This document shows, piece by piece, positions 27,751-36,267 of a DNA stretch of 64,000 nucleotides. The notes beneath the pieces were generated by a model that did no database searches, was not told where the DNA came from, and worked only from the letters and a program-made list of their open reading frames with translations. Location: assembly GCA_934090735.1 (NCBI GenBank), contig CAKOJR010000005.1:4524-68523 (forward strand), read 5' to 3'. How positions within the stretch are numbered: position 1 is the first letter of the stretch; every line of letters begins with the position of its first letter. A program made the position numbers and the translations under genes. The stretch comes from an uncultured Bacilli bacterium (GTDB lineage Bacteria > Bacillota_I > Bacilli_A > RF39 > UBA660).

Positions 27751-29064
27751 CTACTTCACTCCTTCAACACAAATTGCTTCTGTTTTTTCATTATCATTTA
27801 TTATTACTTTATATTTGACTCTTTTACCCTTTTGTAATAATTGTTTATTGCCAATAACACTACGCATATTAAAATATATATTATCTTCATTATTATCTTG
27901 CTTTATAAATCCCGAATGCCCATTTTTCAATATATTATCTATTTTACCAAATAAATATTCATTATCATTTTGTTCAATATATTCTCTTGCTATAGATTTT
28001 AATTGATACATATTTGGTTTTTTGGTAACATCTAAATCATATTCAGATATATAATATTGTAATTCCTCTGATAAATTCCAACCCATTAAATTTCTAAAGT
28101 AAGCACATGCATGATAATATTTTATAGCATTATCATTTTTACCCTGCGATTCCCAACATAATCCCAAGTTATATAATAAAGTTACTTTTGTTTCATCAAT
28201 TAATTCATTATAAATAGCTTTGCAATTATACAGTAAACTCTCTTTAAACTTCCCAAAACTATAGCAAATATTTGCAAGTTTATGCCATAAAAACCAGTAA
28301 TTTTCTTTTTCAGCAAATGTTTTATAATTTTGAAAATCAATTTCTCTATTACTAGAAATCATACATTTTGAATATAATATTCTACCTGTAATCCAAATTT
28401 TATTCTTATAATGAAACTTTTTAATTATTTTTAATGCTTCTTCACCAATTAAAATACATTTTTCATATTGTCCTATTTTTTCATATGACTTAACCATGTT
28501 TTGATAATAAAATTCCTTGGATGATGCTTGTTCAAATTCGCCTTCTCCTATTTTTGTTGTAAAACATTCTTCAGATAATATTGTTGGATTAAGTTTCTCT
28601 AACCATTGGACTATTTTTTCTTGATTACTTCTGGATGTTCGTGAAGATAGCTTATTATTATATACTTTTACAACTTTTTTGATAGTTAAAACATATGGTG
28701 TAAGAATTTCATTAGTTGCTTCTCTTTGCACAGAGTGATTAATTATTATTTCTGCCATTTTTATAAACTCTTCAAAGTTAGATTCCTCAGTATCTATATA
28801 ATTTTTAATATAAACATCATATACACACCAACATAAAACTGATATTACATAATTACTTTTTCTTATATATGAATCTTTTGGTATTTTAGAAAACTCATTT
28901 AAAAAAATATCTGATTTATTACATTTACGTAATGAATTACCATACTCTGCAAAAAGGTTATGATCATCCTTATTCGACGAATTCCATAATTTATCATATA
29001 TCAATAATGCTTTTTCAAAGTCTTTATTATTATAAAATTCTTTTGCTTGATTCCTTTCATTCAT
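27751..29064 (-). CDS. TPR-like repeat protein with C-terminal cold-shock (CSD/OB) domain
   Basis: 437 aa. The body is TPR-like and helical. The last ~65 aa, GKIDNILKNGHSGFIKQDNNEDNIYFNMRSV...KGKRVKYKVI...AICVE, parallel CspA-type [31 protein letters not shown]...EGQKVEFEI. The stop lies 2 nt before the rnlA-like ATG, and the GAAGGAG RBS for that gene sits in its own last codons. Confidence 0.65.
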   Translation of the reverse strand: MNERNQAKEFYNNKDFEKALLIYDKLWNSSNKDDHNLFAEYGNSLRKCNKSDIFLNEFSKIPKDSYIRKSNYVISVLCWCVYDVYIKNYIDTEESNFEEFIKMAEIIINHSVQREATNEILTPYVLTIKKVVKVYNNKLSSRTSRSNQEKIVQWLEKLNPTILSEECFTTKIGEGEFEQASSKEFYYQNMVKSYEKIGQYEKCILIGEEALKIIKKFHYKNKIWITGRILYSKCMISSNREIDFQNYKTFAEKENYWFLWHKLANICYSFGKFKESLLYNCKAIYNELIDETKVTLLYNLGLCWESQGKNDNAIKYYHACAYFRNLMGWNLSEELQYYISEYDLDVTKKPNMYQLKSIAREYIEQNDNEYLFGKIDNILKNGHSGFIKQDNNEDNIYFNMRSVIGNKQLLQKGKRVKYKVIINDNEKTEAICVEGVK

Positions 29065-29156
29065 AATATCAGTCCCTCACACAAATTAATATAATTATAA
29101 CATATATATTGCAAATTTTATTTTTTTTGCAAAAAATACATATTAAAATTTTAATT

Positions 29157-30068
29157 TTACAATTCTTTAGGACAATTAGGTTTATAATTAACATCATTAA
29201 ATCCATAAATCTTTTTACAATCATTACAAACTATTGCAATAAAATATAAACCATTAATATTGTGTCCTTCACCTTTTTCTATAACTATATTATCTCCTTT
29301 ACATACAGGGCAATATTTATAATCTTTTTGACTACATGCATCTCTAACTATTTCATAACCATTATGAAAATCGTATTTGGGTATAAATTCACCAGTATCA
29401 ACACTTTTAATTCTTCCAAACATAAACTCTAACTTATCCACAGTTTTTTCTAAATGATAATGTCCACAATACCATTTATTATAATTTACTTTTTGATCTA
29501 CGTCATTTAGAAAATACTCCATAGATTTATCTACTGCAATTTGTGGCAAACTTAATTTAAAACTTTCTTTTGGTTCATATCTTAACGGACAAGTATGAGA
29601 TAGAATTATATCAACGTATTTTCCAGAATACTTATCCAATATATCTATTCTTTCTTGTTCAGTTAATTGTTCATCTTTAAACCACGGATATCCTTTACTT
29701 ATTCTATAGTCTTTATCAATAGAATAAGCACCACCTATCACTAAAATACTTTTGCCATCAATATTATAAAGTTCTCCATTTTTAGCAAATATTAAGTTAG
29801 GATATTCATCTTCTATAAATACTTTACCGCCAAACATTTCTACTTCACGATAACTAGAAATATTTTCTGGTCTTTCTTCATGATTTCCTTGAATACAGAA
29901 AAATTTGAAATTATATCTTTTTAATCTTTCCTTTAATTTTTTATCATATTCATCCAAATAATAATTAATACCCACATCACCTAAAATAATCATAATATCT
30001 TCATCATTTAATCCTAAATGACCGAATCTATAAAAATCTCCATGAGTATCACCAGTTATATATAACAT
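29157..30068 (-). CDS. calcineurin-like metallophosphoesterase with C-terminal Cys4 zinc-ribbon
   Basis: Motifs ITGDTHGD, IILGDVG, QGNHE, LSHTCP and CGHYH. C-terminal CPVCKGDN...CNDCKK. Start taken at the ATG at 30068 (AGAGGTGA RBS). Confidence 0.8.
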   Translation of the reverse strand: MLYITGDTHGDFYRFGHLGLNDEDIMIILGDVGINYYLDEYDKKLKERLKRYNFKFFCIQGNHEERPENISSYREVEMFGGKVFIEDEYPNLIFAKNGELYNIDGKSILVIGGAYSIDKDYRISKGYPWFKDEQLTEQERIDILDKYSGKYVDIILSHTCPLRYEPKESFKLSLPQIAVDKSMEYFLNDVDQKVNYNKWYCGHYHLEKTVDKLEFMFGRIKSVDTGEFIPKYDFHNGYEIVRDACSQKDYKYCPVCKGDNIVIEKGEGHNINGLYFIAIVCNDCKKIYGFNDVNYKPNCPKEL

Positions 30069-30185
30069 TTTTTCACCTCTCATCTTTAAAGTATTTTGAT
30101 ATATCTATTATACCATTATATCCAGTAAAATAAGAAGCTTATTAAAGTTATACACTATGCCTATAATTAACCACATATTACGCGT

Positions 30186-30195
30186 CCTCGCCTCC
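30186..30195. repeat. island junction core (right junction on the plus strand)
   Basis: Plus strand CCTCGCCTCC (minus strand GGAGGCGAGG). Partner of the core at 12179..12188. Confidence 0.6.
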
Positions 30196-30199
30196 TGCA

Positions 30200-30213
30200 T
30201 TTATGTGATTAGA
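30200..30213. repeat. 14-bp direct repeat TTTATGTGATTAGA (copy in the amidase coding sequence)
   Basis: Identical to 12200..12213. Confidence 0.7.
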
Positions 30214-30626
30214 TATTACCACAACACCCTTACCATCACCAAACTTATCTAAAACCACTCCAGGTCTATCATTCGGTTCCAAATCCACATCACTAGTTCT
30301 CGTCATTTTTACCGGTACTCCAAGTTCTTTAAACCTATCATACATATACTGACTTATCTTTAAAGTTAGCTCCTTCTCAATTATTCCATTTCCAGAAGAG
30401 CCTTGATCATTTCCACCATGTCCACTATCCAAAACTACCCCTTTTAAAGCCATATTAAATCACCTAATCTATTTTATTCGTTTATTAAAAATTAGGTTCT
30501 TATTATGTGTCAATGATTTTCTCCCCATCACTATTTATTATAAAAACAAAAGCAGTACAACCTCTACTGCTTTTGTAAATACAACAAAAAATATGCAAAC
30601 AATCATAAAAATGATATAATTAAATA

Positions 30627-31475
30627 GTGAATAGTATGAAAAAGAGAAAAAAAATTAGAATAAAATGGATTAATTTATTCCTTTTAATAATCATTATAAT
30701 ATGCATTATTAAATTTACCTCTTCAACCATCCAAATTTTAAAATGGACAAGTGATAACAAAAAAACAGACTCGCAAACTAATAAAATAATAGAAGTTACC
30801 AAAATCACTGAAATTGAAGATAACGAAAACACCGAAATTGTAAATAATGAAATTACAATAGATAAAAATGCTCCATACTGGAACTTTATTAAAATGAATA
30901 TGATTGATGCCGATTTTAATGAACTTAAAAAAATTAATAAAGACGTCAAAGGGTGGATTGAAGTAAATGGTACAACAATCAACTATCCTTATGTTCAAAC
31001 AAATAACAATGATTTTTACTTAAATCATACATTTGACAAAACATCTAACGGGGCCGGCTGGATCTTCTTAGACTACCGAAATAACACAAACTTCGAAGAT
31101 AAAAACACCATTATCTATGGCCATGGCAGATCAAATTCAGCAATGTTTGGTTCTCTTAAAAATATTACTAAATCTTCTTGGTTTGATAATACTAACAACT
31201 ACGTAATCAAAGTAGCAACTGAAAAATCAAACACCCTATGGGAAGTATTTAGTGTCTATCATATTCCAACAACATCAGACTATTTACAAATATCCTTTAA
31301 TTCAGACGATGAATTTTTGGATTTTGCAAATAAATTAAAAGAAAGAAGCTACCACAAATTTAACACCGACATTTTTAAAACAGATAAAATAATCACATTA
31401 TCTACCTGTTACAATGACGATGAAAAAGTTGTCATGCATGCAAGACTAATTAAAATCCAAAACAAAAACGCCTAA
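30627..31475 (+). CDS. srtB: class B sortase
   Basis: N-terminal TM anchor, INYPYVQTNNNDFYLNH, IIYGHGR and the catalytic TLSTC motif. The start is uncertain (GTG at 30627 or ATG at 30636). Confidence 0.8.
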   Translation: MNSMKKRKKIRIKWINLFLLIIIIICIIKFTSSTIQILKWTSDNKKTDSQTNKIIEVTKITEIEDNENTEIVNNEITIDKNAPYWNFIKMNMIDADFNELKKINKDVKGWIEVNGTTINYPYVQTNNNDFYLNHTFDKTSNGAGWIFLDYRNNTNFEDKNTIIYGHGRSNSAMFGSLKNITKSSWFDNTNNYVIKVATEKSNTLWEVFSVYHIPTTSDYLQISFNSDDEFLDFANKLKERSYHKFNTDIFKTDKIITLSTCYNDDEKVVMHARLIKIQNKNA

Positions 31476-31487
31476 CAAGCGTTTTTT
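31466..31487. terminator. terminator between convergent genes
   Basis: AAACGC-ctaacaa-GCGTTT followed by a T-run. Overlaps the srtB stop. Confidence 0.55.
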
Positions 31488-32226
31488 ATAATAAGAATAT
31501 ATAACATAAAATAAACACAAACAAATTATTTAAAAGATTTACTGCATCATTATTCATCCAATATAAACCTTTAACTAATTCAGTTGGTTCACCACAATGC
31601 TCATATTCTTCAACTTCTTTTTTACATTTAGAACAAACAAACTTACCTTGCAAAGAATCACCTAATAAACTATCTGCAATAGACCCAAACAAGCCCATAA
31701 GAATAATTAACAAATAATTCATTGAATTTAACTTTTCTGTATAATAAATAAGACCCAAAATAATGCCACCAGCTAAAGAAGCATTAATTCCCAAAAAAGA
31801 AACTGCACCACTAGTACCCGCTGGTACTCTTTTTAAAGTAAAAATACTCACCGGTTTCTTTTTAGAAAGCGTTCCAATGCTACTTGCTAAAGTATCCGCT
31901 AAACTAGAAGAAAGAACAGCATAATACATTACATAAAACTTATCATTTAAAGTAAAGTGATATAACACTATACAAATCGTTGGTAACAACACATTACTAA
32001 ACATCTGATATATAGTTCTGCATTCATCATTAGTTTTCTTCTTTAATTTATCACTTAATATCGTAAGCACAAACGTAAGAGCAAGAGCACCAAAAGCATA
32101 AAGCCCACCAAAATAAGTAATTATTACTCCCATTAACCAAGCAGCAACAATCCCAGGCTTTGTAACCTTCTTCTTCCATAGTGCAAAAAGTGCAAACACA
32201 CTAGGCAATAAAATAGATAAATACAT
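31486..32226 (-). CDS. DUF92 (TMEM19/VTE6-like) integral membrane protein with C-terminal Cys-rich ribbon
   Basis: 246 aa, multi-TM. The pattern VPAGTSGAVSFLG...GSIADSLLGDSLQG is typical of DUF92. Also contains CSKCKK...HCGEP. Confidence 0.65.
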   Translation of the reverse strand: MYLSILLPSVFALFALWKKKVTKPGIVAAWLMGVIITYFGGLYAFGALALTFVLTILSDKLKKKTNDECRTIYQMFSNVLLPTICIVLYHFTLNDKFYVMYYAVLSSSLADTLASSIGTLSKKKPVSIFTLKRVPAGTSGAVSFLGINASLAGGIILGLIYYTEKLNSMNYLLIILMGLFGSIADSLLGDSLQGKFVCSKCKKEVEEYEHCGEPTELVKGLYWMNNDAVNLLNNLFVFILCYIFLL

Positions 32227-32871
32227 TTAAATCACTTCCATTAAATATACAACCAATGAAACCCCCAAAGGTAAAAATAAATTATCTAAACCTTTTCTAT
32301 CAAATAACTCTAAAGCTGCCGCAACTACACTTACTAAAATCATATCAATAACATTAAAATTAAATTTAAAGTAATAATTAAATATAACAATAATAACTAA
32401 ACTAAATGCAAACACAGTCGCTGTTCCACTAATCGTCTTATGATTATATATTTGTCTTGATTTCAAATATCCAGCAACTAAAGGTGCAAAACCATCTCCA
32501 AATGCCATACAAAACAAACCAACACCAAATGCCCCATAAAACTCTGGAACAAAATAAGTTACTAGTGCCATAATAAACACACTTATTGGATAATAAATAG
32601 TCCCTAAATTACCACTACCATCCTCCATTGACTTAAATAATTTAAACTTATAAGAAAGTATATTTATCACAATAAACGAAAGTGGTGGAATAATAATATG
32701 AATGCTACTACCAAAATATTTATACAATATCAAATAACAAAAAGATATCATAATATGTATAAACTTCTTCGTAAACAAAGTTCTTAAATTAAATATTTTT
32801 CTAAGACCAAAAGCAAGAAGTAAAATAACTATTAAATATCCATAAGTAAACAAATATCCTTTTAAAATCAT
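32227..32871 (-). CDS. polyprenol/phytol/dolichol kinase-family (CTP-dependent, CTP_transf_1-like) membrane protein
   Basis: 214 aa, multi-TM. The FGDGFAPLVAGYLKSRQIYNHKTISGT motif is characteristic of the DGK1/SEC59/VTE5 family. Confidence 0.6.
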   Translation of the reverse strand: MILKGYLFTYGYLIVILLLAFGLRKIFNLRTLFTKKFIHIMISFCYLILYKYFGSSIHIIIPPLSFIVINILSYKFKLFKSMEDGSGNLGTIYYPISVFIMALVTYFVPEFYGAFGVGLFCMAFGDGFAPLVAGYLKSRQIYNHKTISGTATVFAFSLVIIVIFNYYFKFNFNVIDMILVSVVAAALELFDRKGLDNLFLPLGVSLVVYLMEVI

Positions 32872-34400
32872 AAAGCAACGCTAGTTCCTATACCAAGTGG
32901 TAATCCTATTAAATAGAATAATATTAATACTACAACCCACATAACTAATGTATAAAAACTATAAGGAACTAAATACTTAGTATTACCCCAAAGACCATCT
33001 TTATCAGTATTCGTACTATAAAGTTCCATAAATGCTAAATAAATAACAAAGTAAGCCATAATTGGCGTTAACGCATAAGTCACACATTCACCAGCTCTAA
33101 ATACTAACTGAGCAAGCTCTGGACTAAGTCCAGCATTCATAAATACCGGAACAACACTACCACTCATTATAGCCCACTTACTAACACTACTTGGAAGTAA
33201 CAATGTAGCAAGTGCAGTAAATCCAAGTGTAAGCATTACAAGTGAAATTCCTGTAAAATTAGTTTTACTAATAACACTAGCAAGATATGCTGTAAACACA
33301 GTTCCAATATTCGTTTTCTTAAATATAAATATAAATGCTGATGCAAAGAATATAAGTACTAACACTTTACCAATATAATCTAATGAATAACTTAATCCAT
33401 TACATAAATCTTTAACATTCTTAATTGACTTATTAACAATACCATATACTAAACCTAATATAATAAATAATATTGTTACAACAAATACAAATCCTTGATT
33501 AAAGAAGGAATTATACCCAAATAACTTATCAATATATAAAGTTTGTGAATAATCTAGTAGTGCTCCACCTAAAGGTGCATTTGGAATAATATTATAAACA
33601 AATATTAACAAATAAATAACCCCTGCAAAAAGAGAAACTACTAAAGCTCTTCTTTCTGTCTTAGTAAAATAATCTTCCTCATCATCAAGTAAAGCATACT
33701 TACCAAGTTTAGGCACAATCACTCTTTCAGTAATACTTGTAACAATACAAGCTAAAACTAAAGCACATACAAGCATTATAAGCACATAACTAAATGTACT
33801 CATTTGATAATCAGGAGATAACAAATTTGCACTAGATAATGTATAACTCATTAAAGCACTATCTATTGAGTTCATAAAAATATTAATACCAATGCCACAA
33901 CTTAAACTAGCAAAAGCACAAATAATACCTGCTTTAGGATGTCTCTTACCATATTTAAATAATACTGCAGCTAGTGGAATAAGCACTATATAACTTAAAT
34001 CACCACCTATAGACGCAAGTATACATACTAAAGATAAAATAAAAGTTACAACTCTCTTGCTCACTCTTTTAGTAAGTACATAAAAGAAACTATCTAAAAA
34101 GCCACTCTTATCCATTACACCAAAACCAATTAAAGTAATAATAAGCATAGATAAAGGTGTAAAAGATGCAAAACTTGATACTGCATTACTAAAAATAAAC
34201 TTAAGGCCACTTAAACTAAATAAATTTTCTACATATACTGAATCACTAACATACGATCCTATATTAGAAACCTTATTATAATTAGCACTAACATTAAAAA
34301 GAGTAAGAACTCCACTTAAGATAATTGTTCCAAAAATAAGTAAACAAAAAGTCATTATCGGATGGAGCATCACCTTTTCATATTTCCTCTTAATCTTCAT
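32868..34400 (-). CDS. AbgT-family transporter
   Basis: 510 aa, multi-TM. The N-terminal pattern LFSLSGLKFIFSNAVSSFASFTPLSMLIITLIGFGVMDKSGFL matches the AbgT signature region. Confidence 0.7.
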   Translation of the reverse strand: MKIKRKYEKVMLHPIMTFCLLIFGTIILSGVLTLFNVSANYNKVSNIGSYVSDSVYVENLFSLSGLKFIFSNAVSSFASFTPLSMLIITLIGFGVMDKSGFLDSFFYVLTKRVSKRVVTFILSLVCILASIGGDLSYIVLIPLAAVLFKYGKRHPKAGIICAFASLSCGIGINIFMNSIDSALMSYTLSSANLLSPDYQMSTFSYVLIMLVCALVLACIVTSITERVIVPKLGKYALLDDEEDYFTKTERRALVVSLFAGVIYLLIFVYNIIPNAPLGGALLDYSQTLYIDKLFGYNSFFNQGFVFVVTILFIILGLVYGIVNKSIKNVKDLCNGLSYSLDYIGKVLVLIFFASAFIFIFKKTNIGTVFTAYLASVISKTNFTGISLVMLTLGFTALATLLLPSSVSKWAIMSGSVVPVFMNAGLSPELAQLVFRAGECVTYALTPIMAYFVIYLAFMELYSTNTDKDGLWGNTKYLVPYSFYTLVMWVVVLILFYLIGLPLGIGTSVAL

Positions 34401-34578
34401 GTAAAACTCTCCTTAGTTTCTTCTCAAACTCAAGTCTATCCATCATAATCTCATGATTACAATTTACACATTTAAGTTTTATATCAACCCCAACACGTGT
34501 AATAAGCCATAAATTAGTCCCACATGCATGGTCTTTCTTCATCACAACTTTATCCCCCAAATTATATTTTGCTTCCAT
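34390..34578 (-). CDS. DUF951 family small protein (YyzM-like)
   Basis: KKDHACGTNLWLITRVGVDIKLKCVNCNHEIMMDRLEFEKK is the typical DUF951 pattern. Lies in a ParB-proximal context. Confidence 0.7.
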   Translation of the reverse strand: MEAKYNLGDKVVMKKDHACGTNLWLITRVGVDIKLKCVNCNHEIMMDRLEFEKKLRRVLHED

Positions 34579-35380
34579 TATGCACCTCAATCTGATTATA
34601 AGGAATCTTTATATTATTCTTATCATAAGCATCCTTAACAAGAGTAAGAATCGCTCTTCTAACGGCATATTCACTTCCTTGCTTACACTTGACACTAATT
34701 AAATAATTTACTGCACTATCTCCAAGTTCATTAACTCCAAGATAACTACATTCCTTATCATCAACATCTTTTATTTTTTTTACGTCCTCTAAAACATCAA
34801 GTAAAACACTTTTAACCTTCTCTTCCGTAACTTCATAACAAGTCGGAATGTTAAGTAAAACAACATGTTTTTCTTGACTTAAATTTACTATCTTATCAAT
34901 GTTTCTGTTAGACACAACCATTACATTACCATTAAAATCTTTAATTTTAGTAGTCTTTAATCCAAAAGAAATAACCTGACCTGTAAAATCATTATATTTA
35001 ACATAATCACCAACAACATAATAATTATCCATGATTATATTAATACCACCAATAATATCCTTTAAAGCATCCTGAAGAGCAAGACCAATAACAACACTTG
35101 CAACACCTAATCCAGCAATTAAAGAACTAGTATCAACTCCAAAAATATCTAAAATCATAAGAGCAGCAATAATTAAACATACATACTTAGTAATATTTTT
35201 AAATAATACTAAAACTGTAACTCTCTTTTTCTTCTCAAACTCTGTCGTTCCCCTAATAGTAGTTTTATTAAGAATAGAAATAATTATTTTATATATAAAT
35301 ATAACTCCAATAACAACTACAATTGGTCCATAAAATTTTTTAGATGATACTATATCAGCAATCTTTACCCAAAATTCCAT
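34562..35380 (-). CDS. MscS-family mechanosensitive channel
   Basis: 272 aa. Three N-terminal TMs followed by the MscS beta domain (GDYVKYNDFTGQVISFGLKTTKIKDFNGNVMVVSN). Confidence 0.8.
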   Translation of the reverse strand: MEFWVKIADIVSSKKFYGPIVVVIGVIFIYKIIISILNKTTIRGTTEFEKKKRVTVLVLFKNITKYVCLIIAALMILDIFGVDTSSLIAGLGVASVVIGLALQDALKDIIGGINIIMDNYYVVGDYVKYNDFTGQVISFGLKTTKIKDFNGNVMVVSNRNIDKIVNLSQEKHVVLLNIPTCYEVTEEKVKSVLLDVLEDVKKIKDVDDKECSYLGVNELGDSAVNYLISVKCKQGSEYAVRRAILTLVKDAYDKNNIKIPYNQIEVHNGSKI

Positions 35381-36267
35381 TATTCCTCACTCACATCAAT
35401 ATCTAAAATTTCTAAAATACGCGCTAAATCTCCCTCACTATCAAAAGGAATTAAAATCTTATTCTTATTAATTTGAACTTTAGTTCCAATCTTATCGCGC
35501 ATTACACTTTCATAAATTGAAAACTTAAGAGGTTTAATATTAACTCTAGTTACTGGTTGTTTCTTGCCAACAGATTTCATAGAGCACAACTTTTCAAGTT
35601 CTCTTACTGAGATTCCATCACTAACAATTCTCTCAGCTAAAGTAATAATTAAATCATCATCATCTAACTTTGATAAAGTACGCGCATGACTCATTGAAAT
35701 CTTACCTAAATTAATTTGTTCACGAACACTTTTAGGTAAACTAAGAAGTCCAAGTAAATTAGTAATATAACTTCTGCTCTTACCAAACTTTTTTGCAATT
35801 TCATCTTGAGTTAAACCTGTATGATTGATGTAATTTTGAAAACCCTCAGCAAGCTCAATTGGTGAAAGATCCTCTCTTTGAATATTTTCTAAAATAGCAA
35901 TATCCATCATTTGTTCATCAGTAAAATCTCTTACAATAGCAGGTATCGTTTTCATACCAGCAAGTGCAGATGCTTTAGTTCTACGTTCACCAGCAACAAG
36001 CTCATATCCATGTAAACTCTTCTTAACTATAATTGGCTCAATAACACCATGCTCTTTAATTGACTCAGCAAGCTCTAATAAAGCATCTTGATCAAAATGC
36101 TCTCTAGGTTGATATGGATTACTACGAATCTCAGCAACTGGAATTTGCTGAATATCACTTTCACTAGAGTTCTCAACAATATTTTGCTCTATAGTGTCAA
36201 AATTTATTTGTTCACTATTAAATAATTGTTCTAACCCCTTTCCTAATGCTTTTCTCTTAGTTTCCAT
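35380..36267 (-). CDS. parB: chromosome partitioning protein ParB/Spo0J
   Basis: NPYQPREHF, PIIVKK...YELVAGERRTKAS and an HTH segment. Overlaps the parA stop. Confidence 0.9.
   Translation of the reverse strand: METKRKALGKGLEQLFNSEQINFDTIEQNIVENSSESDIQQIPVAEIRSNPYQPREHFDQDALLELAESIKEHGVIEPIIVKKSLHGYELVAGERRTKASALAGMKTIPAIVRDFTDEQMMDIAILENIQREDLSPIELAEGFQNYINHTGLTQDEIAKKFGKSRSYITNLLGLLSLPKSVREQINLGKISMSHARTLSKLDDDDLIITLAERIVSDGISVRELEKLCSMKSVGKKQPVTRVNIKPLKFSIYESVMRDKIGTKVQINKNKILIPFDSEGDLARILEILDIDVSEE

Larger units (their letters stand above)
12189..30185. mobile_element. integrative island of about 18.0 kb (large serine recombinase type) carrying defence-like cargo, inserted in the amidase gene
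   Basis: Flanked by the two halves of one Amidase_3/LysM gene. A recombinase gene lies 130 bp inside the left end. Near-identical 10-bp cores sit at both junctions. Boundaries are uncertain by about 10 bp. Confidence 0.75.
30178..30453 (-). pseudogene. 5' part of the split N-acetylmuramoyl-L-alanine amidase gene (N-terminal half of Amidase_3)
   Basis: MALKGVVLDSGHGGNDQGSSGNGIIEKELTLKIS...VVVISNHINAGG is followed by 3 foreign codons (EDA) and a stop just past the junction core. No signal peptide. Confidence 0.8.

Noticed and set aside
30548-30574. A 10-bp perfect hairpin, AAAAGCAGTA-caacctc-TACTGCTTTT, lies in the divergent region between the amidase 5' fragment and srtB.
   Set aside because: It looks like a terminator, but no gene ends there on either strand. 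It could be a leader structure or a relic. There is insufficient evidence to assign a function.
30620-30998. The track lists minus-strand ORFs at 30620..30982 and 30738..30998.
   Set aside because: They are fully antisense to the well-supported sortase B gene, and their products are low-complexity I/F/L-rich sequence typical of AT-rich antisense frames.
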